A stretch of 64,000 bases of DNA from a virus. The notes under the pieces were generated by a model. It had not been told where the DNA came from, did no database searches, and saw nothing but the letters and a program-made list of their open reading frames with translations. Positions 1 through 10,159 of this stretch are shown here, in pieces. The DNA lies in the UHGV virus genome UHGV-0010228, one strand, 5' to 3'. The position numbers and the translations under genes were made by a program. The stretch's first letter is position 1, and the number at the start of each line of letters is the position of its first letter.

Positions 1-663
1 CCCATTAGGATGTAGATTGTATTCAAAACAAATTCTTTTTATTTGATCTATTAATGGAATAGGAACTAATTTAAAATCTGAATAAGATCTATTCTGAGTA
101 GGTGGGGATAATAGAATATTATTATATCCACCCTGATTTAACACATATGTCAATGCATCTACGGGGGTACAACTAGAAAATATGGCATTAATAGTTTTAT
201 TTAAATTGAGATAATAAGTTTCATTTAATAGTAAAAGATCAATCATAGCATATTCGTTATACATATATCCTTTACCATATGTCTTATCAGCTTTTTCTAC
301 ATTGATCTGAATATCTTCATTGCCACTAATACTTGAATTTGGCATTAATACATAGTATTTACCGGTAATATCAGTATTCCATACAACTGTACTTGCAGAT
401 ACCTGCTCATCGAATAATCCATATTTCAATGTTAATGACATTCGGATATTTGTTGGATTTCGTTGCATATTCCGATACAACCAATTTGGTACGTTTAATG
501 TCACTTGGAAATATGGTAATACTGTATTATCATAATCCTTTTCAACATAAATATTACTTACCATTGGAGAAGCAACTTCAAACGGTGTTTCATTTCCTAC
601 ATATATAAATACGTTTTCAAGAAGATATCTAACTTTCTTAAAATAAGCATTCTTAAGATCCAT
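1..663 (-). CDS. hypothetical protein, 3'-truncated by the window edge (start codon at 661-663; about 220 aa visible)
   Basis: Open minus-strand frame from 663 to the window edge. RBS is the complement of tacctcct at 671-678. Not in the supplied ORF track because it is partial. Confidence 0.5.
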   Translation of the reverse strand, partial: MDLKNAYFKKVRYLLENVFIYVGNETPFEVASPMVSNIYVEKDYDNTVLPYFQVTLNVPNWLYRNMQRNPTNIRMSLTLKYGLFDEQVSASTVVWNTDITGKYYVLMPNSSISGNEDIQINVEKADKTYGKGYMYNEYAMIDLLLLNETYYLNLNKTINAIFSSCTPVDALTYVLNQGGYNNILLSPPTQNRSYSDFKLVPIPLIDQIKRICFEYNLHPNG

Positions 664-768
664 TATAATATACCTCCTATTATAATAAGATTATCGTAAA
701 GTTCTAATATCTATACAAAACAACGAGTTAAATCATTATTATACTACTATAAAAAGGAGGTTTTAATA

Positions 769-1968
769 ATGAATATAAACACTGATCAAATGAATTCACA
801 TTTGATAAATGAATTGGATCGATATCATGTATTTGATGATCCAAGATCAAGAGCAGTTCCATCTGGTTTCATTTATAAATATGCCCCTTATATGATAATG
901 AGTGATAACTTTAAATCAGTTAAAGATGTATTATCGAGATTTTATCAACCAGCTAATATCTTTTTAATAAATTCTAAGTTTTTTAAAACTAAAGGAACTT
1001 GTAAAGATGTGAAAGATTCTATTCGTAATATTGTAAAAGAATCATGCGATATTAAAGATCCATCTTTTAAAGATATTATATCTGAAAAAGCAAAAACACT
1101 AATAGATTATCTTAGAACTTATCAGAAAGATAACAATCTTATGGAAAGTGCTATGGTTAATATGTCTCCAATAGTACCTTATGATAGTGCAACTATAAAG
1201 AAAGCGCCATTTGATGAAGGTGCATCATTTAGAGAAACATCAGTTCCATCTCTATCATACATAAATAAGCTCAAGTCTGAATTGAAGGCTAATCCTAACA
1301 TTGAAGATAATATTCGTAGACATATGCATGGAGGCTTATATAGTATACTCCAAAATGCACCAATATTTACTTCAATCTTTAATAATAATTTAGAATTATT
1401 GAAAGATAGAGGAGAAGATATGTATGATGCAATTGCATATTATTTTATGGCAAATCTTCTTCATTTCAATATTCCAACTGAAAAAGCTTTATCATTTTTA
1501 GATTATGCAGCAAAATTATCAAGTGGTAATATCACTGCACAAGAAATGACTGAGCTAACTACTCTGATGGATCCAGATTCATATTATGATATTGATATGG
1601 CAACAGAATATTGGCAAAATATGACCACAACGGAATTAGATGGCGAAAAAATTGATGAGCTTATAAGTACATCATTATATAGTGAATCTAAACCATCATA
1701 TGATATTCAGATATTACTGTCATATATATATAATCATACATATATGATATGTGATGAATATACGAATAATACATTTATGGATATGATCGCTAATAAAGCA
1801 ACCGTAACAAATGTATCTTATTATGATAAAGATATAATGAGTTGTGAAATAAATGGAAAATATACCGTTATTCCTTATTTAGATCTATCTAAAGATTATA
1901 AGATGGGAATGCTATGTATGAATAAAGATGGTGAAGTTGAACTGAAAAATGATTTTAATTTTGAGTAG
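769..1968 (+). CDS. hypothetical protein (399 aa)
   Basis: Long ORF with aaaggagg RBS 8 nt upstream. No motif recognised. Confidence 0.6.
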   Translation: MNINTDQMNSHLINELDRYHVFDDPRSRAVPSGFIYKYAPYMIMSDNFKSVKDVLSRFYQPANIFLINSKFFKTKGTCKDVKDSIRNIVKESCDIKDPSFKDIISEKAKTLIDYLRTYQKDNNLMESAMVNMSPIVPYDSATIKKAPFDEGASFRETSVPSLSYINKLKSELKANPNIEDNIRRHMHGGLYSILQNAPIFTSIFNNNLELLKDRGEDMYDAIAYYFMANLLHFNIPTEKALSFLDYAAKLSSGNITAQEMTELTTLMDPDSYYDIDMATEYWQNMTTTELDGEKIDELISTSLYSESKPSYDIQILLSYIYNHTYMICDEYTNNTFMDMIANKATVTNVSYYDKDIMSCEINGKYTVIPYLDLSKDYKMGMLCMNKDGEVELKNDFNFE

Positions 1969-1994
1969 TAATGACCTATATTACAATATAGAAA

Positions 1995-2040
1995 TTTAAA
2001 TACCTGATAGCTTTTATTATAGCTATCAGGTATTTAAATA
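1995..2040 (+). terminator. rho-independent terminator hairpin
   Basis: Inverted repeat aaatacctgatagc / gctatcaggtattt directly after the stop of the 769-1968 gene. Confidence 0.5.
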
Positions 2041-2325
2041 TTATACTTTATGTGTAGAAATGAGAAGCAATAATGGGGTAATGATAGACCAAAAAAAAAA
2101 ACAAAGGATAACATGAAAGTAGGTTTGTCATACATAGCATACAGCAATGGAGTAGTTGAAACGTAGCTATTTTTAACACCGGATTAGTAAACCTTTAACG
2201 GGGAGTAAAAGGTTTTATTGTGAGACTTTTTTGTACTTTCTCTATTAGAATGATCTATCATTCCTTCCCATTATATTATGTGTTATATCTGGAATATAAA
2301 AACACACAGATAAATTTTTACTAGT

Positions 2326-4394
2326 TTGAAAGGAGGAGCTGAAATGATTGATATTAGTATGGAAGCGGTTATTAATCCTGAACCAGAAGATGGATCAGAA
2401 CCAATTCCTATGCAAATTGAATTAATAACTGATGCTATGATCACTAAAGCTAAATTAAAACCGGTTACTAATCCGATCTCATTTGTTCGTGGATCAGAAC
2501 CAACTCCTGATGGAATATTTTCAGAAGAAATATTTGGTAGTGATACCGCTAGTAGATCTAGACAGTTTGCATATATAGATCTACATCAGAAATTTTTCCA
2601 ACCATATGTATATGAAGTAATAAAAACCCTTGATCGTAAAATCGATAAGGTTGCATCTGGTAAAGGATATTGGCACATCAATGGTAGAGGTGAATTGATT
2701 GAGATTAAAGATCCGAAAGATTCACGATATGATGAGATGGCTACTGGATTAAATTGGGTTATTGAAAATTTTGATAAGATTAAATTTAAGACATCAGATG
2801 CAATAACTCGACAGGATAAACTTAGGTTCCTTAAGAATATTTCGGATGAAGAAAAGTTTGTATCTAAATGGATCGTTATACCAGTTACTTATAGAAATTT
2901 TATTGAAAAGAATGGTAGAATGGCAGTAACTGATATAGATGATATTTATACAAAATTAATATCCTATACCAATGGTATAGGTAATGATCCATTTGATTAC
3001 ATGAATAATCAATTATTATATAATATCCAGATGGAATTAGTAAAACTCCGTAAGTTAGGCGGAGATCTTATTAGAGGTAAGCATGGTTTTATGCATAAAG
3101 CTATGCTAGGTAAATCTACAGATTTAGGAGTCAGAGATGTTATATCTCAGATGTCTCTAAATCATTGTGAACGTCCGGAGGATAATCCTGTGGATATATT
3201 TCATAGTGGAGTACCATTAAGTAAATGCCTAGTATTAGGATATAACTTTATACTGAAATGGTGCTTAGATTTCTTCGAAAATAATTTCAAAGATAAAAAA
3301 GAACTTATAGTTTTTAAAGAAAAAGATGGTGTAAGAACTGAAAAACAAAAAATACCTATAAAGGATCAAACTATAATTTATACTAAATCGTTTTTAGATA
3401 AAAAGATTAAGCAATATCAGAACACACCAGCTATAAGATTCGATCCTATCGTGTTATATACAATAGATGGGAATGAACTCCCATTAACATTTGTAGGGTC
3501 ATTCGGTTCTATTAATAGTAGGGATATTGATGCAGCATCAATATCTAGAAGAAATATGACATGGACAGATTTGTTTTATATGGCTGCAATGGATACAATT
3601 TCGGATAAATATATATATTCAACTAGATTCCCAATAACGAGTTATAGTTCAATATTTCCGTCACTTTGTACTCCATTAACAACTATAAAAACGATACCTG
3701 CAATAATAAATAATCGAGTATATCCGAATTATCCATATGTAGAATTAGATATTGATAAAGGTGATATAGTTACTAGATTTATAGATACATTATGCATCAG
3801 TGATTTATTCCTTGATGCAATAGGCGGCGACTGGACTGCCATCATGGTCGCCTACAGTAGTAATACTGTACAAGAAAAGTCAGGTGAACTCCTAACCAGA
3901 GGTGTCTATCAGATGATAGGCTAACGGTCGAAGTTAGATAAGTATGTATACATATCCTAGCCAGATATGGTCCTGTTATATTATAACAGTATATAACGAA
4001 TACGCTTCTTAAGAGAGTCTAAGGTCCAGTTTATATTGGATAGCTTTGAGAATACCGTGCCAAGACTTGATATTATTCAAGTAAGGTGTAGAGACTAATA
4101 GTAGAATATGAGATGGAAAAGCTCATATACGAAGTGCCAGACCACCCCCACTATTTTATATAATAGAGGGTGAATGAGATAGTCCACATAGAGTTTTCTC
4201 TCGAGAATCCTCGAAAGTAATGACGGCGATACGATGAGTAGTAAGTTAGTTTTTTCATTAGAAGCTAATGAAGAAGCTAGGGCACTTGCTGAATCATTAT
4301 CTAATTTTGTATCAGCAGACGGATCGTTAATTAGGAATGTAAAAAATGAAGCTTTCTTATGTTTCTATAATATGACCAGAACTGATAGAGCATA
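2326..4394 (+). CDS. multisubunit RNA polymerase beta-prime-like subunit, N-terminal fragment, interrupted by a group I intron (exon 1 about 2326-3823, exon 2 about 4222-4394)
   Basis: Exon 1 contains GKHGFMHKAMLGKSTDLGVRDVIS, which matches the beta-prime signature [22 protein letters not shown]. It ends FLDAIGGD. After a stop-filled region of about 400 nt, an in-frame stretch with no start codon or RBS encodes DGDTMSSKLVFSLEANEEARALAESLSNFVSADGSLIRNVKNEAFLCFYNMTRTD. That aligns with E. coli beta-prime [59 protein letters not shown]. Confidence 0.7.
3824..4221 (+). other. group I self-splicing intron (about 400 nt, no internal ORF or homing endonuclease) in the beta-prime-like gene
   Basis: The region has higher GC and no ORF. 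It contains agAGACUAAUAG (4091-4102; R-like element with the P7 5' strand GACUA) and GAGAUAGUCC (4175-4185; S-like element with the P7 3' strand UAGUC, as in Tetrahymena AAGAUAUAGUCGG). A P9-like hairpin tctcgag-aatc-ctcgaaa lies near the 3' end, and a G at 4221/4222 precedes exon 2. Exon junctions are uncertain by a few nt because ggcggcgac and gacggcgat flank the two ends. Confidence 0.6.
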
Positions 4395-4404
4395 GGAGGT
4401 TAAT

Positions 4405-4824
4405 ATGCATAATGATATTGAAGCTATGGAAGGGCTTATTAAAAAATTTAAAGAAAATAAGCAAATCCTTAAAGAGGCAAGAAAATATTATCGCAATAAA
4501 AATGATAAAACGATAATAAAAATGTTTATAGATGCCAATGGTGGACCAGATAATTATAATAAAACTCCACAGAAAATAATAAAAGCCTCAATTAGAAATC
4601 AATATATTATTGGTGGGGCAATGATTGCTGTTGCTGGAGCTGGAACGATGTTTATTTCTGATGTTGACTTTATTGACGTGTCCGGAATACCTGTGGGTGT
4701 TTTTATCTATGCATCACAAAAATTCTATTATCTAGTTCCTATTCGTGAGGGTAAGCGCGATAAAGCTAGATCATATACTCGAGATTCTATGATTACTTTT
4801 TTATATAATCATATGAATAATTAA
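4405..4824 (+). CDS. hypothetical protein with N-terminal MHNDIEAMEG|LIKKF leader and a Gly/Ala-rich transmembrane-like segment
   Basis: aggagg RBS. Shares the IEAMEGLI motif with ORFs 12864-13454 and 34708-35415. Confidence 0.55.
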   Translation: MHNDIEAMEGLIKKFKENKQILKEARKYYRNKNDKTIIKMFIDANGGPDNYNKTPQKIIKASIRNQYIIGGAMIAVAGAGTMFISDVDFIDVSGIPVGVFIYASQKFYYLVPIREGKRDKARSYTRDSMITFLYNHMNN

Positions 4825-4876
4825 AATCATATTTATTTCTGAACTATATATTATTGATATGGAAAGGAAAAATAAA

Positions 4877-5242
4877 ATGGATCAGCCTAAATACAATAAA
4901 CAGCAGTTTGATGCATTTATTAGAAGTATGGGAGAATCATTATATAAAGAAGGATTAAGTTATAATGATATCCAGGGAAATTCTGATGCACAAAACTTTA
5001 TAAAGAATTATGTTGAAGATATATTATCTGCAGATAATATAGCTAAAGATGCTATATTAGGATATGTAAGAAAATTATCTATAATGAAAGTTGATGTTTC
5101 TAAGATAGATATAAGAGAATATCCTGTAATAAATAAGTATAAAGGTCATTATTTAGAAGACAGTACATATTTTAAGAAGACTGAAACTGGATATGAAGCT
5201 GTTGTACTTCCTGTTACAACATCAACTATAATATTACCTTAA
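4877..5242 (+). CDS. hypothetical protein (about 121 aa; the track ORF starts at 4859, but the likely start is the Met at 4877)
   Basis: ORF with aaaggaaaaa upstream of the internal ATG. Confidence 0.45.
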   Translation: MDQPKYNKQQFDAFIRSMGESLYKEGLSYNDIQGNSDAQNFIKNYVEDILSADNIAKDAILGYVRKLSIMKVDVSKIDIREYPVINKYKGHYLEDSTYFKKTETGYEAVVLPVTTSTIILP

Positions 5243-5255
5243 TACGAGTATATAA

Positions 5256-5296
5256 ACTCATTGTAGGAAATCACATCCTACAATGAGTTTATTTTA
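5256..5296 (+). terminator. rho-independent terminator
   Basis: Perfect hairpin taaactcattgtagga-aatcaca-tcctacaatgagttta followed by ttttaaa. Confidence 0.55.
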
Positions 5297-5409
5297 AATA
5301 GATTTTAATTTTATCAATCTGATATATGATTGTATTGTAGCCCATTATTCATATATCGGTTCACATAGATATTCGTTATTTCTACACTTACTAAAAGAGA
5401 GGTGCAAGA

Positions 5410-6237
5410 ATGAAAGAAATTATTACATTACTTAAATCAGCACGACGAACTGTGGTTTCTGCCATCGTAGTTAGTTGCATCATATTATCATCAGTTGGTA
5501 TCAGTTACAGTGCAGATACGGTTGATAATAATGAACAGACTAATCCTGAGATTAACACTATAGAGTGCAGCGGTATGGTGAATATTGCTAAGGCAATACA
5601 TTCAGCATCATCCTGTTATAGGGACATCTTAGTTTCAGCTAAGAATGACCTTAAAAAGCAGGCTATAGCTACTGATGAGCAGAAACAGGCAGAAAGGGGA
5701 CTGCCAGAGAGGACTGTAGTTATTCATGAGCTGGAAGCTGATGAATGTGATCTGGAACCTGCAGTTGAAGAAGAGCCAGCACCAGTTGTAGTTATTAATA
5801 CAACAGATATCACTAAACCTTCAGGTTTAACAGCTGACCAGTTAAATACTCTAATAAATAACGTTTTAACTAAGATGGGGAAGAAGAGTTCTCAGTTATA
5901 TAATCAGGGGCAAGCATTATATAATATGGAACAAAATCATGGCACTAATGCATTATTAGCATTAGCAGTTGCATCGTGGGAGTCAGGTTGGGGAACTTCC
6001 AAAGTTGCTTGGAATAAGAATAATCTATTCGGGATTTATGGCAAAGGAACCAGTAGATCGTTTAGTACAGTAGGGGAATGTATAGATTATTTTGGAAAAC
6101 TTATGGCAACTAAATACTTCCCAAAAGGACGTACATCAATTTCTTCTATAGGAAAGATATATTGTACTACTCCTACATGGGCAAGTAAAATACAATATAC
6201 TTATTCAGTATATAAAGATGCTGTTAATTATATATAA
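5410..6237 (+). CDS. secreted peptidoglycan hydrolase, N-acetylglucosaminidase family (FlgJ/LytD-like), with N-terminal signal peptide
   Basis: N-terminus has a positively charged start followed by a hydrophobic core and an ISYSA|DT cleavage-like site. The C-terminal domain has glucosaminidase motifs ALLALAVASWESGWGTS and NNLFGIYG. Confidence 0.65.
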   Translation: MKEIITLLKSARRTVVSAIVVSCIILSSVGISYSADTVDNNEQTNPEINTIECSGMVNIAKAIHSASSCYRDILVSAKNDLKKQAIATDEQKQAERGLPERTVVIHELEADECDLEPAVEEEPAPVVVINTTDITKPSGLTADQLNTLINNVLTKMGKKSSQLYNQGQALYNMEQNHGTNALLALAVASWESGWGTSKVAWNKNNLFGIYGKGTSRSFSTVGECIDYFGKLMATKYFPKGRTSISSIGKIYCTTPTWASKIQYTYSVYKDAVNYI

Positions 6238-6326
6238 ATCTAATATTTCGTAAAAAATAATATAATCAATATATTATTTTCGTGAAGTTATTACTCTAAT
6301 ATAAATCAAGAAAAAGGAGAATTAAA

Positions 6327-6971
6327 ATGTCAAACGAAAAGGATAACGGCGATATCTTAAAGGATATGGTAACACCAGTTACATTTAATATCTTAGGAAA
6401 ATCACCATCAATGGCGGTTTGGGAAGTGCCAACCGACATGTTAGAAAAGAAAATTCTGGAACTTTGTAAAGAAGAACTCCCAGAAGCACAGTTTGTATCT
6501 TTCTACATAGATAGAAAGGGTTATGTAACTTGTGCTGTTTGGATGTCTGGCTCATGCAGACATTTCATTAACAAGTCAACAGTTAATACAGTTCTTGGTC
6601 AGCCATTACGTGAGTATTCTAATGAATTAAAACAGTTTGTATCAAAATTTGGTGATAATAACGGTAATGGTAATAAGGCCACTATTGGTAATTGTATTGT
6701 ATATCCACGAGATGATAATAGAGATCTTGTAGGTATAAGAATCAGATCAATAAAGTTTATTGATTTATTATTTGATAGAAGCGGAGAGGGATATAATAAC
6801 GCTTTTAATGAAACTAGAAAGATCACTAAGATTATTGAAGCAATTCCTCATGCAAGATCATATAAGGATAATCCATATGACTCAATTGAATTCTTCGAAA
6901 TTCGAGTTCGTGAAAAGAGTCCAGGACGTGTAGGTAAAGCACCTAGAGCGATCAGAAATGGAAAGTTTTAA
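6327..6971 (+). CDS. hypothetical protein (214 aa)
   Basis: ORF with aaaaggag RBS. Confidence 0.5.
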   Translation: MSNEKDNGDILKDMVTPVTFNILGKSPSMAVWEVPTDMLEKKILELCKEELPEAQFVSFYIDRKGYVTCAVWMSGSCRHFINKSTVNTVLGQPLREYSNELKQFVSKFGDNNGNGNKATIGNCIVYPRDDNRDLVGIRIRSIKFIDLLFDRSGEGYNNAFNETRKITKIIEAIPHARSYKDNPYDSIEFFEIRVREKSPGRVGKAPRAIRNGKF

Positions 6972-7049
6972 GTTTAATTAATGTATTGAATGAGGAAATA
7001 GTACATCATTTCCTCATTCATCTTTTATTTTTATAGGAGGATCTATAAT

Positions 7050-7589
7050 ATGGACTTTACAAAAGGAAAATCAACAATAGTTGATGTTAAGGATATAAAA
7101 CATGCTAATTTGTGTGATGGATTTCCAAGAGTTATTAATTTACCAATGGATGAATTCTTGATATATAATAAAGATGCTAAAATAATCGGTGATCTATCAG
7201 ATGGTGATCATAGCTTCAGCGAATTATATCACCATAGAGCATTACTATTTTCAATAATATGTAAACTTATATCAATGATAGATGATAATATATGCTGGAA
7301 ATCTAAAAACCACTATGATGGGTCAATGTATGATGGATATTTCATTGTTGGTATTGGTGGGTTAGGAGATCCGATATTTGGAGATAAATATTTTTCATAT
7401 CATTATTCAATAGATGATTGGGATTCATTCCGAGTTAAAGAACTTAGAAATGCTCCGAAATATACTAAAGAAAATGATATAGATATTGATCATTTATCTG
7501 AATATATTAGTAAAGTTATATCTAATAATAATGGTATTGATAATGTAAAACGCCTCAAAGATTTTCCACTATCACCATTATTGAAATAG
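7050..7589 (+). CDS. hypothetical protein (179 aa)
   Basis: ORF with taggagg RBS. Confidence 0.5.
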   Translation: MDFTKGKSTIVDVKDIKHANLCDGFPRVINLPMDEFLIYNKDAKIIGDLSDGDHSFSELYHHRALLFSIICKLISMIDDNICWKSKNHYDGSMYDGYFIVGIGGLGDPIFGDKYFSYHYSIDDWDSFRVKELRNAPKYTKENDIDIDHLSEYISKVISNNNGIDNVKRLKDFPLSPLLK

Positions 7590-7605
7590 ATTGGAGAATT
7601 AAACT

Positions 7606-7878
7606 GTGATAAAATATTTTTCTCATTGGAGTACAATATTCAGTACATTTGTAATAATATGCATAGCACTATTAGCTTTCTGGGTATTATTTAAGATAAT
7701 AAGGGAGAGTTATAATAGATATGTATTATATAAGAAAGAATTTCCTTTAAAATTTGCACGAAAGCAATTATTTACATTAATACATGACATATTAATGTCT
7801 CTAGTAGCAATTATATGTTTATCATTCTTTACTGGAATGACTATTTATAATTGCTTAGTTGAGATATTTGGAGGATAA
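7606..7878 (+). CDS. small membrane protein with two predicted TM helices (holin-like candidate)
   Basis: Hydrophobic segments FSTFVIICIALLAFWVLF and LVAIICLSFFTGMTIY. It lies 1.4 kb downstream of the glucosaminidase gene. Confidence 0.4.
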   Translation: MIKYFSHWSTIFSTFVIICIALLAFWVLFKIIRESYNRYVLYKKEFPLKFARKQLFTLIHDILMSLVAIICLSFFTGMTIYNCLVEIFGG

Positions 7879-7883
7879 CATAT

Positions 7884-8087
7884 ATGATTTTTACATTCAT
7901 TTCAAAATTATTAATTTTCGCAATGATGTGTATATTGACGATGATTAGTGTCTATTATATGTTTATAATATATGCTGATTGGGATGAATATGAAGATTCA
8001 ATGATATTGATGTATATTAAAATTGTGGGAGTATTTTTAATAACGATTGCTATACAAGTCTTCCTAGGAAGATATCTATTATCATAA
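7884..8087 (+). CDS. small membrane protein with two TM helices (holin/antiholin-like candidate)
   Basis: LLIFAMMCILTMISVYYMFII and IVGVFLITIAIQVFLG. Adjacent to the previous small membrane-protein gene. Confidence 0.4.
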   Translation: MIFTFISKLLIFAMMCILTMISVYYMFIIYADWDEYEDSMILMYIKIVGVFLITIAIQVFLGRYLLS

Positions 8088-8097
8088 GAGGGAAAAT

Positions 8098-9171
8098 ATG
8101 GACATACATTTCAATGGATATAAAGTTAAATATCCTTTCTTAAATTATGGTATGCAGAGTATTCGGCAATCACAAAATATAAGGTCAATAAATATATTTA
8201 TTGACCTTGATGATTTATTCCACACTTTGCACAGACCATTAATTAATAACGAATTTCAAGTTGCTGGTAAGAATGCTAGTAAGCAGTTTGTATCTAATAT
8301 ATTTAATATTGCTGGTCACTATAGAAATTGGGCAATTAAAGAACATCTAATCCCAACAGTATGGCTATTTTATACATCATCTAAAAAGACATTTAAAAAT
8401 TCTCTATATGTACCATCATATAGAGAAAGATTTTTAGATATCAATTCGGATCTTAATACAAATACGTATTATATTAATGCTGCAATAAAAGAATCGTATA
8501 GTATAATGCATGTTATATCAAAATATATACCAGGAGTATATATTATAGACTCTAAATACTTAGAACCAAGTATAATCCCTAATGTAATAGTTAATTTAGG
8601 ACATAATAAAGATTGGAATCTTGTAGTATCCAGAGATATCTATATGCTACAATATTCATATATGGATAAAACAACTATGGTATCACCTAAGGGTGATAAT
8701 TCTATATTTATAAATAAAGGAAATTTATGGGATTATATAATTGGTAGAGAAAGAGTTTATAAAGATGATATTCCACATATATATTACAATCCAGAATTAT
8801 TTATATATGCAAAAGCTCTTATTGGAGATAAATATAGATCAATCCCAAGATTAAAGAAAATAGGATGGAAAACCTTATTTAATTATCTAAATAAAGCTAT
8901 AGAAGATTCTGAAATCCCTTTAGATCTACAAATAGAGAAACTTGTAGATTTATTAAACTCTAAGAAAGTAAATATAGAAGAATATAATTCAAATTTATAT
9001 TGCAGCAATGTTGAATTACAAACTGATAGTTTATTAGAATCAGATAAGAATATTATATTAGATCAGATTGAAGATATGGAGGATTATATCGCACTGAATA
9101 ATGTGAATAATTCTATATTTACAAGATTTCCAATTAATCTAAATTTCTTGTGTAATAAGGTGGTGATATAA
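8098..9171 (+). CDS. putative 5'-3' exonuclease / flap endonuclease (FEN, T4 RNase H / T5 D15 family)
   Basis: N-terminal INIFIDLDDLFH resembles the FEN LLLVDGSNLLYR block. The C-terminal ALIGDKYRSIPRLKKIGWKTLFNYL resembles the H3TH motif [25 protein letters not shown]. Confidence 0.45.
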   Translation: MDIHFNGYKVKYPFLNYGMQSIRQSQNIRSINIFIDLDDLFHTLHRPLINNEFQVAGKNASKQFVSNIFNIAGHYRNWAIKEHLIPTVWLFYTSSKKTFKNSLYVPSYRERFLDINSDLNTNTYYINAAIKESYSIMHVISKYIPGVYIIDSKYLEPSIIPNVIVNLGHNKDWNLVVSRDIYMLQYSYMDKTTMVSPKGDNSIFINKGNLWDYIIGRERVYKDDIPHIYYNPELFIYAKALIGDKYRSIPRLKKIGWKTLFNYLNKAIEDSEIPLDLQIEKLVDLLNSKKVNIEEYNSNLYCSNVELQTDSLLESDKNIILDQIEDMEDYIALNNVNNSIFTRFPINLNFLCNKVVI

Positions 9172-9173
9172 TT

Positions 9174-9248
9174 ATGGAAATAATATTTATTGGGATCGGA
9201 GTTTTATTTTGTATAGGTGTTATTATGCACGATTGGTTTAAGAAGTGA
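9174..9248 (+). CDS. possible 24-aa hydrophobic micropeptide (MEIIFIGIGVLFCIGVIMHDWFKK)
   Basis: Short ORF immediately after the exonuclease stop. Speculative. Confidence 0.2.
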   Translation: MEIIFIGIGVLFCIGVIMHDWFKK

Positions 9249-9690
9249 TGGGGGATGTAAAAGCGTGTTTGAAATTTTATTTACATTGGTCGCATTCATT
9301 ATATTATTCATGATTTATGTTATCATCTTTAACATATGTGATGATTATAAAAGCTATATAAAATTGCGAAATAATAAGATAAATCCAAAATCAACATCAT
9401 ATGATATACGTATCATTGATGAGAATATTGTAATAATGCAATATAAGTCTATTAAGTCAATTATTAATCAACATAAGAATATGATATATATTGATGATAA
9501 TTTTATAAGGGTTATAGATGAAAATAAACCACTTAAAGCATCATTTATTCTAATTCCTAAAAATTATCTGGGGTGGATACGGTATAATTGCTTTATACAT
9601 AAAAATAAACATGCATTAAATATAATTAATATACACAATATGCGAGATCTTAATAATATGCTTAATAAAATAAATAACGAAGAGCTTTAA
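9217..9690 (+). CDS. hypothetical membrane-anchored protein (the real start is possibly GTG near 9275, giving an FEILFTLVAFIILFMIYVIIF N-terminus)
   Basis: ORF with an N-terminal TM helix. Start codon uncertain. Confidence 0.4.
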   Translation: MLLCTIGLRSDGGCKSVFEILFTLVAFIILFMIYVIIFNICDDYKSYIKLRNNKINPKSTSYDIRIIDENIVIMQYKSIKSIINQHKNMIYIDDNFIRVIDENKPLKASFILIPKNYLGWIRYNCFIHKNKHALNIINIHNMRDLNNMLNKINNEEL

Positions 9691-10115
9691 AGCTCTTCGT
9701 TATTTTCAGTTTCTTTTTTAGATAATTCTTCCGCTTCTAATTCCGCATAGAATTCTCTTTCCTCATCAGTTAATCCATCATCTTCCTGAAGATTATTATA
9801 GATATCACTAGGGGTAGAATTTTCCACTGTTATTTCTACTCCGGGATCTTCTTCTGGAATTACAGGATTTTCAACCATATTTGCAATAATATCGTCATCA
9901 TCACCCCATCTATTCTTATCTGCTAAGGTATGAATATCAATAGGCATCGATCTTCCAGTGTATGGATCATATTCAACTAAATTTAATCCACGCATAAGCA
10001 TACTCATTGCCGTTTTATGGTGAACTTTTATAGGCTGATATACTGGGCCATCCATCACCAATTCAGGTATGTATGTTTTAGTATCAGTAGTTATCAATAC
10101 AAACTCGTGTTTCAT
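9687..10115 (-). CDS. hypothetical protein with strongly acidic C-terminal tail
   Basis: ORF with RBS (complement of cctcctt near 10128). The C-terminus is DDGLTDEEREFYAELEAEELSKKETENNEEL. Confidence 0.5.
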   Translation of the reverse strand: MKHEFVLITTDTKTYIPELVMDGPVYQPIKVHHKTAMSMLMRGLNLVEYDPYTGRSMPIDIHTLADKNRWGDDDDIIANMVENPVIPEEDPGVEITVENSTPSDIYNNLQEDDGLTDEEREFYAELEAEELSKKETENNEEL

Positions 10116-10159
10116 TTTTAATATACCTCCTTGAGGGAATAATTACACTGATGTTTTAT

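Noticed and set aside
2326-4394. crAss-like phage assignment (these also encode virion RNAPs)
   Set aside because: crAss RNAPs lack recognisable beta-prime sequence motifs, and their Bacteroides hosts do not use strong SD sites. Here the canonical beta-prime blocks and ubiquitous AGGAGG sites point to a phiKZ/AR9-like phage of a low-GC Firmicute.
6599-6826. Antisense ORF of 75 aa inside gene 6327-6971, and similar antisense ORFs (10870-11079, 13759-14061, 14885-15181, 16318-16713, 18013-18243, 25005-25289, 33089-33319, 34824-35222, 38960-39460, 40860-41490)
   Set aside because: They are fully nested opposite well-supported genes, with no RBS and low-complexity translations. Treated as noise.
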